From: Vulcanimicrobiota bacterium | GTDB lineage: Bacteria > Vulcanimicrobiota > Xenobia > Xenobiales > JADMJV01 | Assembly: GCA_017307785.1 (NCBI GenBank) | Contig: JAFKGI010000012.1 | Span: 128,001 to 184,330, forward strand | Direction: 5' to 3' | DNA length: 56,330 bases | In this document: positions 9,297 through 19,049 of the stretch, one piece after another | Layout: the number at the start of each line of letters is the position of its first letter | How positions within the stretch are numbered: the first letter of the stretch is position 1 | The notes under the pieces: generated by a model | Database searches by the model: none | The model's input: the letters and a program-made list of their open reading frames with translations, nothing else | What the model was told of the DNA's origin: nothing | Made by a program: the position numbers and the translations under genes

Positions 9297-10556
9297 TCAA
9301 ATCGTTTCGATGGCCAGCGCCAGTCCGTTGCCTCCACCCAGACAGAGAGTGGCCAGGCCACGACCGCCCCCCCGCTGGCGCAAGGCGTGAATCAAGGTGA
9401 CCAGGATGCGGGCGCCGGAGCAACCGATAGGATGCCCCAGAGCGACGGCGCCTCCGTTGACGTTGACCCGAGCGGGGTCCAGGCCAAGTTCTTGAATCAC
9501 GGCCAACGCCTGCACCGAGAAGGCTTCATTGATTTCCACACAAGCAAAGTCGGACAGCTTCCATTCGGGATTGCGCTTGAGCAGACCGCGGACGCTGGGA
9601 ATGGGCGTCAGCATCACCCAGGCCGGGTCCAGACCTCCCGCGTAGCTGTCCAACACGCGTGCCAATGGCGTCAGGCCCTGCTCTCGAGCGAAATCTTCAT
9701 CCATCACCAGCAGAGCGGCGGCCGCGTCATTCACGCCCGGGGCATTGCCGGCTGTAACGGTCCCGTTCTCTTTCACGAAGGCCGGGCGCAGCTTGCCCAA
9801 AGCCTCCAAACTCGTGTCGGCACGAGGGCACTCGTCCACCTCAAAGGTATTGAACTTGCCTTTACCCGCCGGCACCTGCACGGGCGCGATCTCATCCTTG
9901 AACTTGCCGGCCGCGACCGCCGCCAAAGCCTTCTGATGACTCTGATAAGCGTATTCGTCCTGCTGCTCACGACTCAGCCCGTATTTCTGAGCCACCAACT
10001 CACCGGTGTTCCCCATGTGGAAGTCATACTTTCCGTCCCAAAGCCCGTCAGATATCATACTATCCAGCATCTGACCGTGCCCGAGCCGATAGCCCGTGCG
10101 AGCTTTCTCCAGCAAATAAGGAGCGCGGCTCATGTTTTCCATACCGCCGGCCAGCACCGCTCGCTGGTCACCGGCGCGAATGGCCTGAGAAGCCAGCGAA
10201 ACCGACTTCAAGCCGGAAGCGCACACCTTGTTGATGGTAAAGGCGGAAACGCGAGGATCCATGCCGCTTTTGATGACGACCTGGCGAGTCGGGTTCTGAC
10301 CCTGACCGGCCGCCAGCACGCAGCCAAAGATGACTTCGTCGATCAGTTCCGAGGAAAGGCCGGTGTTCTGCAAAATCTGGCGGACCACAGCGGCACCGAG
10401 TTCGGGGGCCGGCACCTCGCTCAGACTACCCTGGAACTTGCCGATGGCGGTGCGTTGGGCGGCCACGATCACGGGCCGTCCGCCTCCCGCCTTGGGACGC
10501 GGATTCACGATCGGGTCCAACTTGGGCTCCGGGAAGTTCTTATAGTCAATCGACAT
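9297..10556 (-). CDS. Acetyl-CoA C-acetyltransferase (thiolase II)
   Basis: NKVCASGL active-site Cys, [22 protein letters not shown]-terminal thiolase signatures. Confidence 0.9.
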   Translation of the reverse strand: MSIDYKNFPEPKLDPIVNPRPKAGGGRPVIVAAQRTAIGKFQGSLSEVPAPELGAAVVRQILQNTGLSSELIDEVIFGCVLAAGQGQNPTRQVVIKSGMDPRVSAFTINKVCASGLKSVSLASQAIRAGDQRAVLAGGMENMSRAPYLLEKARTGYRLGHGQMLDSMISDGLWDGKYDFHMGNTGELVAQKYGLSREQQDEYAYQSHQKALAAVAAGKFKDEIAPVQVPAGKGKFNTFEVDECPRADTSLEALGKLRPAFVKENGTVTAGNAPGVNDAAAALLVMDEDFAREQGLTPLARVLDSYAGGLDPAWVMLTPIPSVRGLLKRNPEWKLSDFACVEINEAFSVQALAVIQELGLDPARVNVNGGAVALGHPIGCSGARILVTLIHALRQRGGGRGLATLCLGGGNGLALAIETI

Positions 10557-11037
10557 GAGGTTCTACTCCAAACAACAGCTGCTGGGCTCCCACCACCTGA
10601 CCCGCGCTAACTTCGATGCGGGACAACTTGCCGGCCACCGGAGCAGCCACCTCGTTCTCCATTTTCATCGCTTCCAGCACCAGAATGACCTGTCCCGCCT
10701 CCACCTGGTCACCGACCTGGGCGGAAATCTTGACGACCACGCCGTTCATCGGGCTCTTGACCAGTCCGTCCTGGGCTCCCCCGGCGGCACCCGAGCGATT
10801 CTGGCGCACCGCCTTGACCACGTAAGGCTGGCCCTGCCACTGCAAAGTCCACTCCTGAAGAGCCGACTGGTAGACCCCGCTGTAGCGGATACACCGGCCG
10901 TCTCCGAGCAGACAGAAACCGGGACGATGGTGAACCACCTCAACCGTTTCCTCGCCCACCTTCAGCACGAACGGGGCCTGCAGTTTGTCCCACTGCAACT
11001 CGCGGTTTTCGCCTTCGATCTGGAAATTCTGACGCAT
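10546..11037 (-). CDS. Biotin carboxyl carrier protein-like (biotinyl domain)
   Basis: C-terminal [11 protein letters not shown] biotinyl-Lys motif. Start at MRQNFQIEG. The long upstream extension in the ORF track overlaps the HAD gene and is rejected. Confidence 0.7.
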   Translation of the reverse strand: MRQNFQIEGENRELQWDKLQAPFVLKVGEETVEVVHHRPGFCLLGDGRCIRYSGVYQSALQEWTLQWQGQPYVVKAVRQNRSGAAGGAQDGLVKSPMNGVVVKISAQVGDQVEAGQVILVLEAMKMENEVAAPVAGKLSRIEVSAGQVVGAQQLLFGVEPHVD

Positions 11038-11107
11038 CCGGGCGCGTTCTCGCCGCCAAACTCTTCCCCCTGCAGGTTGTTGTTTCAGGACCAGGAAACC
11101 TTGGGCT

Positions 11108-11728
11108 ATGGCAGTGCAGGCGGTGCTCTTCGACATCGGCGGAGTCCTTATCCACGCCGACCTGGAATCGTACGCGGAACGCGGAGCCCGGGTCTTCAAG
11201 TCCAACCCGGAAGCCGTACGGGCCGCCGTGCAGCCGCGGGTCCCCAGACTGGAAAAAGGCGAAATCAGTTCCGAGGACTTCTGGAAAGAAGTCGGCGAGG
11301 TGCTCTGGTCCAAAGGCCAGGGAGTCCTCCCCGACCCCCATCATTTCCGGGGCCTCTGGAAACAGCTCATGGTCGACACCCTGAAGCTCGACAACCAGGT
11401 GCTCAAACTGTGCTGGAACCTGCGCGCCAAAGTCGTGGTCGGGGCCCTCAGCAACACCATCAAGGAACACGCCGAATACCTGGCCGACCTGGGCTATTAC
11501 CAGCCCTTCCGCCCGTGTGTTCTCTCCTGCCTGGTGGGCCAACGCAAACCGGACAAGTCGATTTACCAGTACGCCGCCAAGCAGGCCGGGAAATCCATCG
11601 GAAAATGCCTGTTCGTGGACGATTCCGCCGTCAACTGTCAGGCGGCCAAAGCGGCCGGCATGAAGGTGCACCACTTCACCGGCATCTACCCCCTGGTCAC
11701 CGAGCTGTCCAAATACAAGCTGCTATAG
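11108..11728 (+). CDS. HAD-superfamily hydrolase (subfamily IA)
   Basis: Motif I LFDIGGVL, motif II SNT, motif III K in QRKPD, motif IV FVDDS. Confidence 0.8.
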   Translation: MAVQAVLFDIGGVLIHADLESYAERGARVFKSNPEAVRAAVQPRVPRLEKGEISSEDFWKEVGEVLWSKGQGVLPDPHHFRGLWKQLMVDTLKLDNQVLKLCWNLRAKVVVGALSNTIKEHAEYLADLGYYQPFRPCVLSCLVGQRKPDKSIYQYAAKQAGKSIGKCLFVDDSAVNCQAAKAAGMKVHHFTGIYPLVTELSKYKLL

Positions 11729-11983
11729 GTGAACCAGTTGGGCCTCGAGCAGCAGCTCGACCAGATCGCCGCCGGTCTTGAGTTCCAGCTTGCCGTCAAA
11801 CTGCGGAACCAGGCCGGTCTCCTTGACCTCTTCCTGTAAAGCGTAAACTACCGTCTTCTCTTTCACGGGCGTGAAGTCCGACAGCAAACCCTGGCCGAAA
11901 ACCACCAGATGGGCCTCTTCGCTGCGGGCCAGCCAGGTCGCGTCCTGAGCGCGCAAACGACGGGTTAAAATGTAATAGGTCAT
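11723..11983 (-). CDS. TusB/DsrH-like sulfur relay protein
   Basis: 86 aa. VVFGQGLL and VVYALQEEVKETGL parallel TusB LLLQDGV and KVYALNEDLIARGL. Third gene of a DsrEFH-type trio. Confidence 0.6.
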   Translation of the reverse strand: MTYYILTRRLRAQDATWLARSEEAHLVVFGQGLLSDFTPVKEKTVVYALQEEVKETGLVPQFDGKLELKTGGDLVELLLEAQLVHL

Positions 11984-11984
11984 A

Positions 11985-12332
11985 CTAAAAGCTCAAATTC
12001 AGCGACGAACCGCTGCGCACTTCCCAGAATTCGTCGCCCTCTTTGACCTGCACCGACGGATGCAACTGGTCCGCCGCCACTCCCAACGACTCGAGACTGG
12101 GCTGGTCCACCCAGAGCTCTACCCTATGGGCCTTGGCCGAAGTCAGGTAGCGCTCCACCCAACCAGGATTGCGTTCCTTCAGAGCGTGCAACACGCCCTC
12201 ATCGCACAACATCACGGTCACGGTCTGACGACGATAGGCACTGGCCAGACCGATGGCCACGCGCAGCGGCGCCACCAGACTGGGAGTGCTGGGACTAAAA
12301 TGAGACAGGGTCACCACCACCGGACGACTCAT
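11985..12332 (-). CDS. TusC/DsrF-like sulfur relay protein
   Basis: 115 aa DsrE/F-fold protein in the middle of the trio. 2-nt gap to the neighbours. Confidence 0.6.
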   Translation of the reverse strand: MSRPVVVTLSHFSPSTPSLVAPLRVAIGLASAYRRQTVTVMLCDEGVLHALKERNPGWVERYLTSAKAHRVELWVDQPSLESLGVAADQLHPSVQVKEGDEFWEVRSGSSLNLSF

Positions 12333-12691
12333 CAGAGACAGAGCACCTGGTCGGTGTGTTCCAAAAGATTAGCAAGATCCGCCGGATTGCCCATCGTAAC
12401 CCCCTCGAGCATCGATTCTTTCCCATCCACGCCGCGGCTCCGGGCGCACAACTCGTTGCACACCACCCGCACCCCACGGGCCAAAAGCGCCTGCCACCAA
12501 CTCGAGGGCGAGCCCTCTTCGGAATCCGGCAGATGCTGATTGCGCAGCAACTGGTAAACGCCTTCCTGATGAGCGTAAGCCCACACCTCGTGACCTCGGC
12601 CCAGTGAGCCGACCGCCAGATGATAAAGGGTACGCGCCCCCGGAGACTCCAGTGGAGCTTTGTTGAGAATGAAGCCGACCTTCTTGGGCAT
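12332..12691 (-). CDS. TusD/DsrE-like sulfur relay protein
   Basis: 119 aa. VCNELCARSRGV parallels TusD ICVAAALRRGV, and the Cys is conserved. Stop overlaps the TusC-like start. Confidence 0.65.
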   Translation of the reverse strand: MPKKVGFILNKAPLESPGARTLYHLAVGSLGRGHEVWAYAHQEGVYQLLRNQHLPDSEEGSPSSWWQALLARGVRVVCNELCARSRGVDGKESMLEGVTMGNPADLANLLEHTDQVLCL

Positions 12692-13941
12692 TAAACGACC
12701 GCCTTGGGAGCGTAGTGACTCTGCACGTATTCCTCGACCATATCCAGGAAGCGACTCGAGATGCTCTCGGCGTCCCCCTTCAAAGTAGCCACCTTCTGGC
12801 CATCGGCGTAAACCGGAGCGGAGGGATTCTCACCCGTGCCCGGCAGCGACAGCCCGATATTGGCGCCCTTGGCCTCGCCCGGACCGTTGACCACGCAGCC
12901 CATGACGGCCACCTTCATGGTCTCGACCCCTTCAAAACCGTTGTCTTTCCAATAACTCATGCGCTCTTTCAAGCGGGTCTCCACCTGAATGGCCAGTTCC
13001 TGGAAGAGGGTCGAAGTGGTCCGTCCGCAACCCGGACAGGCGGTGACGCGCGGCGTGAAGCTGCGCAGACCCAGATTCTGCAGAATCTCGCGGCAGATCT
13101 CCACTTCCTGGGTGCGCGGAGCACCCGGAGCCGGAGTCAACGACACGCGGATGGTGTCGCCAATGCCCTCACTCAACAAAATCCCCAAAGCAAGACTCGA
13201 AGACACCGTCCCCTTCAGGGCCATACCGGCCTCGGTCAGGCCCACGTGCAGCGCGTAACGACAACGCTTGGACAGCTCGCGGTAAACGTGCACCACTTCG
13301 TTGACTTCGCTGATCTTGGTGGACAAAATAATCTTGTTGGCCGGCTGCCCATACTCTTCGGCCATCTTGGCCGAGCGCACGGCGCTCTCCACCATCGTAT
13401 CCAGGAACACCATCTGGGCGCCGCGCGGGCTGCCCTTGGCCAGATCCTCGTCAATCAACTCCTTCAACAAAGCCTGGTCCAACGAACCGCCGTTGACACC
13501 GATGCGCACCGGCTTGCCGAATTCGACGGCCGCCTCAATCATGGTGCGGAAGTTGTTGTCGTGCTGCTCGCCCACCCCGACGTTGCCGGGATTGATGCGA
13601 TACTTGTTGAGCGCCCGAGCCATGCCCGGGTGCTTCTTTAGAAGCTTGTGACCATTGTAGTGAAAGTCGCCGATCAAGGGCACGTGGCCCCAACCGCGAC
13701 GCTCCAGCAAACGGGCAATCTCGGGAACGGCTTCGGCGTTCTCGTCATCCTTGACGGTAAAGCGGACCAGCTCCGAACCGGCTTCGGCCAGGTCAATGAT
13801 CTGCTGAACGGTGCTTTCGACGTCGGCGGTGTCCGTATTGGTCATGGACTGGACGCGTACCGGATTGGCACCGCCCATATTGATGTCACCGACTTTGACT
13901 TCGTGAGTTTTGCGCAGGCGTTCCACGTCTGCTCCTTTCAA
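12691..13941 (-). CDS. ispG: 4-hydroxy-3-methylbut-2-en-1-yl diphosphate synthase (flavodoxin)
   Basis: TACPGCGRT and [10 protein letters not shown] cluster-binding motifs, and the TIM-barrel N-domain IRVSLT. Confidence 0.95.
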   Translation of the reverse strand: MKGADVERLRKTHEVKVGDINMGGANPVRVQSMTNTDTADVESTVQQIIDLAEAGSELVRFTVKDDENAEAVPEIARLLERRGWGHVPLIGDFHYNGHKLLKKHPGMARALNKYRINPGNVGVGEQHDNNFRTMIEAAVEFGKPVRIGVNGGSLDQALLKELIDEDLAKGSPRGAQMVFLDTMVESAVRSAKMAEEYGQPANKIILSTKISEVNEVVHVYRELSKRCRYALHVGLTEAGMALKGTVSSSLALGILLSEGIGDTIRVSLTPAPGAPRTQEVEICREILQNLGLRSFTPRVTACPGCGRTTSTLFQELAIQVETRLKERMSYWKDNGFEGVETMKVAVMGCVVNGPGEAKGANIGLSLPGTGENPSAPVYADGQKVATLKGDAESISSRFLDMVEEYVQSHYAPKAVV

Positions 13942-14141
13942 CCGAGGGGGGTCCTAGGGGGAGACGCGAGTCCCCCCTAGATCACATTGGGTAGAGGGCT
14001 TGGAGTTTTGCTCAAGGCCCGGTTCCCTCCTGCCATACCCCGCTTTGGCGCCGAACTAACGTGTCAAGGTACGAACGCTGAGTTTGAATCGACCCACCAT
14101 GAGGTATCCCATCCCAAGAGATTCAGATTCAAGGAGTTTGC

Positions 14142-15245
14142 GTGGAAACCATCACTCAGAGCACCCCCGTCGAGAAGGACAGCCTTCCCCTCAAGCGCAT
14201 CGACCACATGGAGCTATGGGTCGGCAACGCCAAACAGGCCGCCTACTTCTACCGCTTCGCCCTCGGTATGGACCTGGTCGCCTACAGCGGCCCCGAGACC
14301 GGCGTGCGTGAGCGCGCCTCCTACGTACTCCAGCGCGACAAAGTTCGCCTGGTCCTCTCCACCCCCATCCGCAGCGACCACCCCATGGCCGAGCACATCC
14401 AGCAACACGGCGACGGCGTGCGCGCCATCGCCCTGGAAGTGGACGACGCCCGCCAGTCCTTCAAAATCACCACCGAACGGGGCGCCCAGCCGGTCCAGAC
14501 CCCGACCGAAGTAGAAGGCGTCATCACCGCCTCCATCGCCATGTATGGGGACACTCTCATCACCTTCGTGCAGCGCGGCAACTACAGCGGTGCCTTCCTG
14601 CCCGGCTACGAAGCCCGCGACCTCAAAGGCCCGGACTTCGGCATCGCCGCCATCGACCACATCGTGGGCAACGTCGAACTCGGCAAAATGAACCACTGGG
14701 TCGACTTTTTCGCCCGCGTCATGGGATTCTCTCAACTGATCCACTTCGACGACGCCGACATCTCCACCGAGTACTCCGCCCTGATGTCCAAAGTGATGCA
14801 GGACGGCACCGGCAAAATCAAGTTTCCCATCAACGAACCGGCCGACGGCCGCCGCAAATCCCAGATTGAGGAATACCTCGACTTCTACAACGGCCCCGGC
14901 GTGCAGCACATCGCTCTGCTCACCGGCGACATCATCAAGACGGTGACCGCGATGCGCGACGCCGGCATGGAGTTCCTCAAAGTGCCGGACTCCTACTACG
15001 ACGAGGCTCAGAAGCGGGTCGGCGAAGTCAAAGAAGACTTCAACGCCATTCGCCAGCTGGGCATCCTGGTCGATCGCGACGAGGAAGGTTACCTGCTTCA
15101 GATCTTCACCAAACCGGTCGAAGATCGTCCCACGGTCTTTTATGAAGTCATCCAACGGCGGGGCAGCCGCGGATTTGGCAAGGGCAACTTCAAAGCGTTG
15201 TTCGAAGCCATTGAGCGCGAGCAAGCGAAAAGGGGCAACCTCTAA
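14142..15245 (+). CDS. hppD: 4-hydroxyphenylpyruvate dioxygenase
   Basis: IDHIVGNV, FYEVIQRRGSRGFGKGNFKALFEAIEREQ C-terminal HPPD signature. GTG start with AAGGAG 5 nt upstream. Confidence 0.9.
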   Translation: METITQSTPVEKDSLPLKRIDHMELWVGNAKQAAYFYRFALGMDLVAYSGPETGVRERASYVLQRDKVRLVLSTPIRSDHPMAEHIQQHGDGVRAIALEVDDARQSFKITTERGAQPVQTPTEVEGVITASIAMYGDTLITFVQRGNYSGAFLPGYEARDLKGPDFGIAAIDHIVGNVELGKMNHWVDFFARVMGFSQLIHFDDADISTEYSALMSKVMQDGTGKIKFPINEPADGRRKSQIEEYLDFYNGPGVQHIALLTGDIIKTVTAMRDAGMEFLKVPDSYYDEAQKRVGEVKEDFNAIRQLGILVDRDEEGYLLQIFTKPVEDRPTVFYEVIQRRGSRGFGKGNFKALFEAIEREQAKRGNL

Positions 15246-15358
15246 TGACAACGCTCTTGCAACTCGACCAGAATACGCTGGAAAGCGAGCAGGAGACCCA
15301 GTCAGGGAACCGAACGCGGCACCCCATCTCGAGGTCCCGAGGCAAGGAGCGCAATGGA

Positions 15359-16339
15359 ATGTTGATGCTAGGGGAACAGTCGCAACCGACATTGGTGGGG
15401 GAAAATCTGGTCCTGTTCGCGGGGAATTCTAATCCGCGGTTATCGCAGGCCATCGCAGACTATCTGGAGATTCCCCTCGGGGCGGCTCTGGTAGGCAACT
15501 TCACCAACGGCGAAACCCGGGTGCAGATCGACGAGAACGTCCGCGGCGCGGAAGTCTTCGTGGTTCAGCCCACCTGCGGTAACGTCAACGAGACGCTGAT
15601 GGAGCTGTTGATTATGATCGACGCGCTGCATCGCTCCTCGGCCAAGACCATCACCGCCGTCATTCCCTACTACGGCTACGCCCGTCAGGAAAAGAAAACG
15701 GCCGGCCGCGAACCCATCACCGCCAAACTGGTGGCCAACCTCATCACCGTGGCCGGCGCCGACCGCGTCATCACCGTCGACCTGCACGCCGCCGCCATTC
15801 AAGGCTTCTTCGACATCCCGGTGGACAACCTGATGTCGCTGCCCATCCTGGTGGAGTACTTCCAGCGCAAGGGCTTCGACTCGAGCAACCTGGTGGTGGC
15901 CTCGCCCGACGCCGGCGGCGTGAACCGCGCCCGCCTCTTCGCCGAGCGCCTCAACGCCGGCCTGGCCATCATCTTCAAACGCCGCCCCGAACCCGACAAA
16001 GCCGAAGTCATCGACGTGGTCGGTGATGTCGAAGGCAAAATCGTGATCGTGGTGGACGACATCATCTCGACCGGCCGCACCCTCATCAAGGGCGTGGAAA
16101 CGATGCTGGCCCGCGGCGCCACCAAGTGCTACGCGGCCGCCACCCACGCCATCATGGCCAGCGAAGCCATCGACATGATCAACAACTCGCCGCTGGAAGA
16201 AGTGGTGGTCACGGACACCATTCCGCTGCCCTCCTCGACCCAGCGCGGAAAGATCACCACTCTCTCGGTGGCCTCGCTGCTCGGCGAAGCCATCCGCCGC
16301 AACTACTTCCATCTCTCGGTGTCCAAGCTCTTTTCTTGA
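15359..16339 (+). CDS. prs: Ribose-phosphate pyrophosphokinase
   Basis: LVLFAGNSNPRLSQAIADYL N-terminus, DLHAAAIQGFFDIPVD, VVDDIISTGRT PRPP-binding loop. AAGGAG 9 nt before the ATG at 15359. The ORF is open back to 15245. Confidence 0.9.
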   Translation: MLMLGEQSQPTLVGENLVLFAGNSNPRLSQAIADYLEIPLGAALVGNFTNGETRVQIDENVRGAEVFVVQPTCGNVNETLMELLIMIDALHRSSAKTITAVIPYYGYARQEKKTAGREPITAKLVANLITVAGADRVITVDLHAAAIQGFFDIPVDNLMSLPILVEYFQRKGFDSSNLVVASPDAGGVNRARLFAERLNAGLAIIFKRRPEPDKAEVIDVVGDVEGKIVIVVDDIISTGRTLIKGVETMLARGATKCYAAATHAIMASEAIDMINNSPLEEVVVTDTIPLPSSTQRGKITTLSVASLLGEAIRRNYFHLSVSKLFS

Positions 16340-16674
16340 GCTTATTCATCTATCTTTGCGCAGGCGGGGTCCTCACATTGATTTGTGGGGGCCTCGTCTC
16401 TTTGTTTGCCGGCCGCCCCGCCGGCTTCCGCGTGTGCCGCATCCTCTCGGCCATCGCCACCGGCTTTCCGCTGCTCCTGCTCATCCTGTCCTTCATCCTC
16501 CCCAACCCGGATGAAGACGGCCGCTCCCTCGGCATGATGTTCGTCTCGGCTCTGGCCATGCTGCCGGCCAGCCTCAGTTGCTGGCTGGCCACCTGGTTCA
16601 TGCGCCCCAGCCCACCCGCAGCCCAGGACCATGTCGGACTCAGTCGAGAGGTTCCTCGCGACGCGAACTCGTAG
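16336..16674 (+). CDS. Possible small membrane protein (TTG start)
   Basis: Hydrophobic 112-aa frame (LSLFIYLCAGGVLTLICGGLVSLF...) with good GC3, directly after the prs stop. Only a TTG start is available. Confidence 0.25.
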   Translation: MSLFIYLCAGGVLTLICGGLVSLFAGRPAGFRVCRILSAIATGFPLLLLILSFILPNPDEDGRSLGMMFVSALAMLPASLSCWLATWFMRPSPPAAQDHVGLSREVPRDANS

Positions 16675-16706
16675 CTACCCCTCAGCTACACTTCTAGGAG
16701 GCGCGC

Positions 16707-18263
16707 GTGTCCACTTGGCAGCAATTCACCCGGTTTTTTCTGCATTCTTCGAAACTGGGGATCAGCGTCGATCTCTCGCGCATGGGCCTGGACGATGCCT
16801 TCCTGGAGCAGATGCAGCCCAGAGCCGAGAAAGCCTGGACCGCCATCAACGAACTCGAGCGCGGTGCCATCGCCAACCCCGATGAAAACCGCATGGTCGG
16901 CCACTACTGGCTGCGCGACGCGGCCCTGGCCCCCACCGCGGAAATCCGCGCAGAAATCGAGCAGATGCTCAAAGACGTGGTCCACTTCGCCAACCAGGTA
17001 CACACCGGCGCGGTCAAACCGCCCATAAGACAACGATTTACGCGCGTCCTCTCGGTCGGCATCGGCGGTTCGGCGCTGGGACCGCAGTTCGTAGCCGAAG
17101 CCCTGGGCCAGAAAGACGACAAGATGAAACTCGTCTTCCTGGACAACACCGACCCCGACGGCTTTGACCGCATCCTCGACAGCGATCTCTCGGAAACCCT
17201 GACGGTGGTCATCTCCAAATCTGGTTCCACCCCGGAGACTCTCAACGGCATGCTGGAAGCCGCCCACGCCTACAAAAAGCAGGGACTGGACTTCGCCAAG
17301 CAGGCGGTGGCCGTCACCGGCGACGGTAGCGTCCTCTTCCAACAAGCAACCCGCGATGGCTGGCTGAGCATTTTCCCCATGTGGGACTGGGTGGGCGGAC
17401 GCACCTCCATCATGTCGGCCGTGGGCCTGGTGGGCATGGCCCTGCAGGGTCTGGACGTGCAAAAATTCCTCCAGGGCGCCGCCGACATGGACGGCTGGAC
17501 CCGCGCCAAAAACTGGCAGGACAATCCGGCCATGGCGCTGGCCCTGGCCTGGTACAAAGTGGGCGACGGCCAGGGCCACAAAGACATGGTCGTGCTCCCC
17601 TACAAAGATCGCCTGGCGCTCTTCTCGCGCTACCTGCAGCAACTGGTCATGGAATCGTTGGGCAAAGAAAAAGACCTGGACGGTAAGGTGGTCCATCAGG
17701 GCATCGCCGTCTACGGCAACAAAGGCAGCACCGACCAGCACGCCTACGTGCAGCAGTTGCGCGACGGCCTCAACAACTTCTTCGCCACCTTCGTGGTGGT
17801 CCTGAAAGACCGGAACACGGAGCCCTTCGAAGTCGAAACCGGCGTCACCGCCGGGGACTTCCTCAACGGCTTCTGGCAGGGCACGCGCCAGGCCCTGAGT
17901 GAAAACGGCCGCGCCAACGCCTGCATCACTCTGCCCGAAGTGAATGCCTATCAGGTCGGCGCCCTGATCGCCCTGTATGAGCGCACCGTCAGCCTTTACG
18001 CCCAGCTCACCAATATCAACGCCTACCACCAACCCGGTGTGGAAGCCGGCAAAAAAGCCGCCAAGACCGTATTGGAGCTGCAGAGCAAGCTGCTGGCCGC
18101 GCTGCAGACCGAGCCCGGCAGCTGGTGGAACGCCGAGACCCTGGCCCAGAAGCTCGAAGCCGACCCCGAGGCGGTCTTCCTGATGATGCGCCACCTGGCC
18201 ACCAACCGCGCCAACCTGCAGGCGCGCGGTGAAGGCCTGCAGCTGGAAATCTCCGTCCACTAA
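16707..18263 (+). CDS. pgi: Glucose-6-phosphate isomerase
   Basis: [35 protein letters not shown] signatures. Confidence 0.9.
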   Translation: MSTWQQFTRFFLHSSKLGISVDLSRMGLDDAFLEQMQPRAEKAWTAINELERGAIANPDENRMVGHYWLRDAALAPTAEIRAEIEQMLKDVVHFANQVHTGAVKPPIRQRFTRVLSVGIGGSALGPQFVAEALGQKDDKMKLVFLDNTDPDGFDRILDSDLSETLTVVISKSGSTPETLNGMLEAAHAYKKQGLDFAKQAVAVTGDGSVLFQQATRDGWLSIFPMWDWVGGRTSIMSAVGLVGMALQGLDVQKFLQGAADMDGWTRAKNWQDNPAMALALAWYKVGDGQGHKDMVVLPYKDRLALFSRYLQQLVMESLGKEKDLDGKVVHQGIAVYGNKGSTDQHAYVQQLRDGLNNFFATFVVVLKDRNTEPFEVETGVTAGDFLNGFWQGTRQALSENGRANACITLPEVNAYQVGALIALYERTVSLYAQLTNINAYHQPGVEAGKKAAKTVLELQSKLLAALQTEPGSWWNAETLAQKLEADPEAVFLMMRHLATNRANLQARGEGLQLEISVH

Positions 18264-18745
18264 TGGAATTCGCCATTGTCTCCGACACCCATTGGCGCGA
18301 AGGCGGACCGGATTTAGATCGCCTGATCCACCGTCTCTACGGGGCCAAGTACATTCTCCACGCAGGCGACGCCGTCGACGTTTCCATCATCGAAGCCCTG
18401 GAACAAGTGGCGCCGGTGCTGGCCGTCATCGGCAACTGCTGCAACTCCAGCCTGCGCAATCGCTTCCCTCCCATGCGGGTGGACGATCTGGACGGCCTCA
18501 AAGTCGGCATGACCCACGGCCACCTCATCGATCTACGCGACGGACGCAGCATCCTCGACCAGTTCATCCCCGAGGTGAAACTGGTCATTCACGGCCACAC
18601 TCATCTGCCCCGTTGCGAAGAGCACGACGGCCGCTGGGTCTTCAACCCGGGCAGCGTCTCCGAACCCCGCCACGGCACCCCGCCCACCTACGGCTGGGCC
18701 AGCTGGGAAAACGGCGAGCTCAAACTCCAGCACAAGATGTTTTAG
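18263..18745 (+). CDS. Metallophosphoesterase (YfcE/MJ0936-like)
   Basis: IVSDTH, HAGD, GNCC, MTHGH, HGHTH metal-ligand motifs. TAATG overlap with pgi. Confidence 0.8.
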   Translation: MEFAIVSDTHWREGGPDLDRLIHRLYGAKYILHAGDAVDVSIIEALEQVAPVLAVIGNCCNSSLRNRFPPMRVDDLDGLKVGMTHGHLIDLRDGRSILDQFIPEVKLVIHGHTHLPRCEEHDGRWVFNPGSVSEPRHGTPPTYGWASWENGELKLQHKMF

Positions 18746-18999
18746 TATCGAACCCGGGTTCAGGGGAGCGAAGCGCACCGAACGCGGGTTAGAGACCAAC
18801 GGAGTCGCGCGCCTGAAAGTTTCGACCTTTTGTGGTAGCGCGCGACGGAGGCTAAACAGGCCGGGTCAAGCGCAAAGCACCGACCACAAAAGCCCAGTCG
18901 TCCACGGCCTCGCGGGCCAGCTCCCCTTCGCTGACCTCCTCCACAACGGCCACATCATCATCCTCTTCCAATACATCATCCATACCCCAAGCCTAAACG

Positions 19000-19031
19000 C
19001 AAAAACGGCGCCCCGCACGGGGCGCCGTTCC
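19000..19031 (-). terminator. Rho-independent terminator for the metalloprotease gene
   Basis: The minus strand reads GGCGCCCCG-TGC-GGGGCGCC followed by TTTTT, just 3' of the stop at 19050. Confidence 0.5.
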
Positions 19032-19049
19032 TAGCAAACCGGGACAGAA

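Noticed and set aside
10546-11313. Full 255-aa extent of the BCCP-like ORF
   Set aside because: The N-terminal 92 codons overlap the well-supported HAD hydrolase gene on the other strand and are Ser/Thr/Arg-rich. The start was moved to MRQNF at 11037.
16686-18260. 524-aa minus-strand ORF
   Set aside because: Mirror-image shadow of pgi. It is G/V/A/H-rich and has no motifs.
18864-18985. Roughly 39-aa acidic peptide (MDDVLEEDDDVAVVEEVSEGELAREAVDDWAFVVGALRL) on the minus strand between the metallophosphoesterase and metalloprotease genes
   Set aside because: There is no convincing SD and I could not pin exact coordinates with confidence. It may be a real small protein, but the evidence is too weak.
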